IMG/VR virus record: IMGVR_UViG_3300045988_092570
DNA from: a virus
Strand: one strand, 5' to 3'
Length of the DNA stretch: 44,060 nucleotides
Positions 40,948 to 44,060 of the stretch are shown here, in pieces. Positions within the stretch are counted from its first letter, which is position 1. Each line of letters begins with the position of its first letter. Below the pieces are notes generated by a model, which saw nothing but the letters and a program-made list of their open reading frames with translations, was not told the origin of the DNA and did not search any database. The translations under genes and the position numbers were made by a program.

Positions 40948-41133
40948 ATGTTTGTCGGAGAAACGTATAGCTGGGTGCCGACGAGCTGGGAGGGCGCGAA
41001 CGGGATCGTCTCAGCGCTCGGCAAGAAAGGCGGGGTACACGGGAGAATCGCGTACATCAACGAAAACCATCGGTATTTTACGGCGGAGGCGAACGTCGGC
41101 GGCGTGGTCATCCGCGAGAGCTTCAAATTTTAA
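40948..41133 (+). CDS. Hypothetical protein (61 aa)
   Basis: ATG 40948 with AAAAGGAGA 7 nt upstream (ATG 40942 is an alternative). Confidence 0.55.
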   Translation: MFVGETYSWVPTSWEGANGIVSALGKKGGVHGRIAYINENHRYFTAEANVGGVVIRESFKF

Positions 41134-41146
41134 GGAGGGTGCAGAC

Positions 41147-41416
41147 ATGTTGAGCTATAAGAACGAAAACGGAAACGTGAAGGAACTGGCGGCCGAAGGG
41201 TCGATGGGAGACCTGCTCGCCGAATCGGCCTACCTGCTCACGGCGATCTACAGTATGCTTGCGCGCAGAGACAAAGCGGCGGCGGAGATCTTCAAGGTAA
41301 GCATGATGATGGCCGTGGGAGACCCGAAATCGCCGGTATGGCAGGACCTGAAGCCGGACTGCCTCAGCATCGCACAGCGCGCCAAGCCGAAGGAGGGCAA
41401 GAGCGATGACAAGTGA
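41147..41416 (+). CDS. Hypothetical protein (89 aa)
   Basis: Internal ATG with AAGGAGGG upstream. Confidence 0.6.
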   Translation: MLSYKNENGNVKELAAEGSMGDLLAESAYLLTAIYSMLARRDKAAAEIFKVSMMMAVGDPKSPVWQDLKPDCLSIAQRAKPKEGKSDDK

Positions 41417-41801
41417 CGAGGTTTTGACGGCGCTGCGATGCTGCGCAAGCGACAACTGCAACGGATGCCCGAGTCACAACAGAGGCCTGATTGGCACGAG
41501 CTGCATCAGCAGAACGATGCGGGAAGCGGCTGATTTGATCGAATTCCAGCAGCAGGGCCTTGAGGCGCTGACGAAGATGGACGAGGGGCTGAAAAAGCGG
41601 GGCGGCACGCTGAAAGAGTTCCTGCGACGCGGCGATGAAGTCGTGCAGGGGCACAGAGACCCTGCCGGACCGCCGGGCGATCCGGGTTTTGCGGGCGATA
41701 TCTTCATCTGCCCGACGTGCAACTCGCCGCGCGTCTTCTATAACGCGGAGAAAGACGCCTACATATGCCCGAGCTGCGGGTGGCAGGACAAGGAGGGCTG
41801 A
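41406..41801 (+). CDS. Cys-rich protein (131 aa) with a C-terminal zinc-ribbon
   Basis: Contains CCASDNCNGC and CPTC...CPSC motifs. Confidence 0.6.
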   Translation: MTSDEVLTALRCCASDNCNGCPSHNRGLIGTSCISRTMREAADLIEFQQQGLEALTKMDEGLKKRGGTLKEFLRRGDEVVQGHRDPAGPPGDPGFAGDIFICPTCNSPRVFYNAEKDAYICPSCGWQDKEG

Positions 41802-41804
41802 CGG

Positions 41805-41948
41805 ATGGTGGACTATCCCTATTTTTCACTGCGCGATCTGCGTAAGATGGATCGCCTGCTGGCGGTGTCGGACGCGACGCTCGGGAGATATTGCAAACGA
41901 ACACAGAAGAAGCGGCGCAGGGATGCGCGGCGGAACAGGAGGAAATGA
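41805..41948 (+). CDS. Small basic HTH-like protein (47 aa); possible DNA-binding or excision-directionality factor
   Basis: ATG 41805 with AAGGAGGG upstream. Hand translation: MVDYPYFSLRDLRKMDRLLAVSDATLGRYCKRTQKKRRRDARRNRRK. Confidence 0.4.
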   Translation: MVDYPYFSLRDLRKMDRLLAVSDATLGRYCKRTQKKRRRDARRNRRK

Positions 41949-42436
41949 TGGTTTCGGACGAGGCATTGAAAAAGCTGCAAGAGCAGATCGCGGCGTGGCC
42001 GATGGAACGGCGATTCGTGGTGCAGCAGCTCATTCGGGATTATTTGAGGGACCGGGAAGACCTGCGCGCCTATGAGGCGACAGGGCTGATGCCGCGCGGG
42101 GTCGAAATCCTCAAGGAAGAAAAGCTCAGCAGCGACGGTATGATCCTGATCGGGCGGCTGATGAGCAAGAAGCTACACGAGATCGGCTGCGAACGCCTGC
42201 GCGAGCTGGTCGAGGCCGGCGCGGACGGGCGCGCGATCACGCTGCCGTGCAAGCTCGGCGGCGAAGTGTGGGCGCCCGGCTGCGGCAGAACGGTGAAACT
42301 GCGCGTCGTCGAGGCGGCGCTGCTTCTGCAAGGCGAGGACGGCGAGGGCTATGAGAAGCTGAGCGACTTCGGCAAGACATTTTTCGCGACGAAAGAAGGA
42401 GCGGAGGAGGCAAAGCGAAATGAATGGTTTACTTGA
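41945..42436 (+). CDS. Hypothetical protein (163 aa)
   Basis: ATG 41945 with AGGAGGA upstream, overlapping the previous stop. Confidence 0.6.
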   Translation: MMVSDEALKKLQEQIAAWPMERRFVVQQLIRDYLRDREDLRAYEATGLMPRGVEILKEEKLSSDGMILIGRLMSKKLHEIGCERLRELVEAGADGRAITLPCKLGGEVWAPGCGRTVKLRVVEAALLLQGEDGEGYEKLSDFGKTFFATKEGAEEAKRNEWFT

Positions 42437-42761
42437 AAAGCTGCGGCGGGGCGCGATCAGGGCGCTCGGCGGGTACGTTGAGCAGGTTCCACCGCCGAAA
42501 CCGCAGGACAGGGTACTCATCAAATCGGAGAGCCGGAGGATCGAGAAGATCACGGCAAAGAGCCGCATCTGCTACAAAGGGCTCGATGGAGACCGCGCCA
42601 GACAATGGGCGATGCGGCACACAAAAGAGGATCTTGTTAAATTCTTGATGCGGAAGATGCTGGAAAGCGGTGCGGTCGTCTTTGAAGAGAACTGCATCGA
42701 GAGCCGGTACGATGACGTCGAACTGCGCGCAACGGTGTACGTCGCAATGCCGGAGGCATGA
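42420..42761 (+). CDS. Hypothetical protein (113 aa)
   Basis: ORF overlapping the previous gene by 17 nt. Native codon usage. Confidence 0.6.
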   Translation: MNGLLEKLRRGAIRALGGYVEQVPPPKPQDRVLIKSESRRIEKITAKSRICYKGLDGDRARQWAMRHTKEDLVKFLMRKMLESGAVVFEENCIESRYDDVELRATVYVAMPEA

Positions 42762-42775
42762 GGAGGAAATGAAGC

Positions 42776-43285
42776 ATGAAACGACTGACGAGCGAAGAGG
42801 TCAGAGTGGACGAGAGCGTAGACCGGTATCTTGGCCCGCTCGCCGACCTTGAAGGCATGAAGCCGAAGCTGCTGGACCTGATTCTGAACGGTCCGGTGCT
42901 GAACAGTGTATCGAAGGACGTGCTGCGGCAGATCATTCGGCAGTTATACAGCGCGCTCGCCGCCTACGAGGACACGGGCATAACGGCGGAAGATATCATG
43001 GCGACGGTATCGATCCCGATGTTCGTCAAGGCGGCCTCGGCGGTGCTGGGCACTACGCCCGAGCGCTTGCGCGAGCTGGCCGAGGCCGACAAAGAAGGAC
43101 GCACGGTGACGGCGCCGTACTGCAAGAACTGCGAGTACGGGGAGGCTTACGACCGGACGGACGGCAAAAAGGGAATATATTGCCACTGCCCGCGCTCGAT
43201 TCTCCGCTACGGAAACGGCAGCATTTTCACGCCAGTGCGGGAAAACCTCGATTTTTGCAGTTACGGCAAGCCGAAGGAGGGCTGA
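42776..43285 (+). CDS. Hypothetical Cys-containing protein (169 aa)
   Basis: AGGAGGA lies 8 nt upstream. C-terminal CKNCEYG...CHCP motif. Confidence 0.6.
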   Translation: MKRLTSEEVRVDESVDRYLGPLADLEGMKPKLLDLILNGPVLNSVSKDVLRQIIRQLYSALAAYEDTGITAEDIMATVSIPMFVKAASAVLGTTPERLRELAEADKEGRTVTAPYCKNCEYGEAYDRTDGKKGIYCHCPRSILRYGNGSIFTPVRENLDFCSYGKPKEG

Positions 43286-43288
43286 CGG

Positions 43289-43840
43289 ATGGTGCGGGTA
43301 TTTTGTGACCGGTGCGGGCGGGTCATTACGGGGATGAGCGCGCACGAGCGTGTGAGCGTGACGGCGAGTGGCGCGGGCGGCGGGGAGATCGCGAAGCTCG
43401 ACTTCTGCACATACTGCGCGGACTGGGCCATCAACACGCTGATGCGGCGGACGATGGTCGGCGCGGGCGAGAAAAAGGGCGCGAAGGCGGACAAGCCCGC
43501 GCCCATCGCGCCGCCGAAGAGCGAAAAGGACGGCCTTGCGTGGACGGCGGGACAGGACAAGCGGCCGGCCGCGGAAGCGCCGCCACCCGAACCGCTCCCG
43601 ACGCTGAGCGTCAAGGGCTACGGCGCGGCGGAGAAGCGGAAAATCTTCGACGCGCTGGTGCGCTACAAGGTGCGGACCGGCCCGGGGTGGACGGAGCGTG
43701 TGAGCAAGGCCTGCGGCGGGGACGTGAGCCGCGAGACGCTGCGCGCGATCGTCGTGGACGGGCTGATGGTCGACATCCACGTGTGGCGCGTCATTGAGCG
43801 GGGGCTCAACGACCTGGGCGCAATGGAGAAAAAGGCATGA
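43289..43840 (+). CDS. Hypothetical protein with an N-terminal zinc-ribbon (183 aa)
   Basis: CDRCG...CTYC motif, a Pro/Ala/Lys-rich linker, then a C-terminal globular part. Confidence 0.6.
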   Translation: MVRVFCDRCGRVITGMSAHERVSVTASGAGGGEIAKLDFCTYCADWAINTLMRRTMVGAGEKKGAKADKPAPIAPPKSEKDGLAWTAGQDKRPAAEAPPPEPLPTLSVKGYGAAEKRKIFDALVRYKVRTGPGWTERVSKACGGDVSRETLRAIVVDGLMVDIHVWRVIERGLNDLGAMEKKA

Positions 43841-43992
43841 AGGTGACGTTTATTTTGCAGGCCGACGTGCCGGAGAGCGCTATCCAGGGCATCAAGGAGC
43901 GCGCGGCGATGGACCTTGAGCGCTACGGCGACGTGAAGGTCGTGAAGATCCTCGTCGAGAAGCCGCGCGAGCACGAGCAGTTACATCTTTAA
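43837..43992 (+). CDS. Small protein (51 aa)
   Basis: ATGA overlap with the previous CDS. Hand translation: MKVTFILQADVPESAIQGIKERAAMDLERYGDVKVVKILVEKPREHEQLHL. Its 3' end is duplicated at 1-73. Confidence 0.55.
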   Translation: MKVTFILQADVPESAIQGIKERAAMDLERYGDVKVVKILVEKPREHEQLHL

Positions 43993-44060
43993 TCACGCCT
44001 GCGGGCGAAAAAGAAAGGAAACAGAACCATGAAACAGTACATCGGAACAAAACTTATCGA
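43920..44060. repeat. Terminal direct repeat, copy B (identical to 1-141)
   Basis: Exact 141-bp identity with the start of the window. Confidence 0.95.

Overview
The window is one complete temperate dsDNA phage or prophage genome. Bases 1-141 are identical to 43920-44060, so the contig closes on itself and the unique length is 43,919 bp. Most of it is GC-rich (about 65% in hand-counted 60-nt lines), and nearly all genes are on the + strand and tightly or translationally coupled.

Gene order:
- 110-3677: DUF2829 (Tad2-like) gene, coiled-coil gene, small HTH gene, an HUH rolling-circle Rep preceded by three strong hairpins, and five small ORFs behind a perfect TTGACA-17-TATAAT promoter.
- 3949-11370: packaging and head genes (terS, terL, portal, scaffold, decoration-like protein, major capsid, connector).
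- 11367-14182: collagen-repeat tail fibre and small fibre-associated ORFs.
- About 12.65-18.1 kb: a lower-GC island (about 48-53%). It carries a Hint/BIL-domain protein translationally coupled to a GlgA-like glycosyltransferase, a trans-polyprenyl diphosphate synthase and an undecaprenyl-diphosphate-synthase homologue.
- 18069-19546: lysis cassette (XhlA-like protein, three small membrane proteins, amidase).
- 19607-32070: second structural block ending in a 2497-aa ORF.
- 32122-35119: lysogeny module on the - strand (membrane moron, large serine recombinase, XRE repressor) with a divergent switch region.
- 35165-35561: a 400-bp non-coding region bounded by inverted repeats.
- 35670-43992: early genes, including PcfK-like, PcfJ-like, DUF3102 and an NPPF methyltransferase.

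No tRNA, rRNA, CRISPR array or reverse transcriptase was seen.

Most interesting observations:
- The late-operon isoprenoid-carrier plus glycosyltransferase module behind a Hint-domain protein.
- A 67-aa ORF with native codon usage and its own SD, hidden out of frame inside the 2497-aa ORF. A G4 run just upstream suggests the giant ORF may be a frameshift fusion.
- The inverted-repeat-bounded structured non-coding element.
- Tandem 57-bp GNRA-hairpin repeats between the portal and scaffold genes.

All family assignments come from motifs read by eye. No database search was run.
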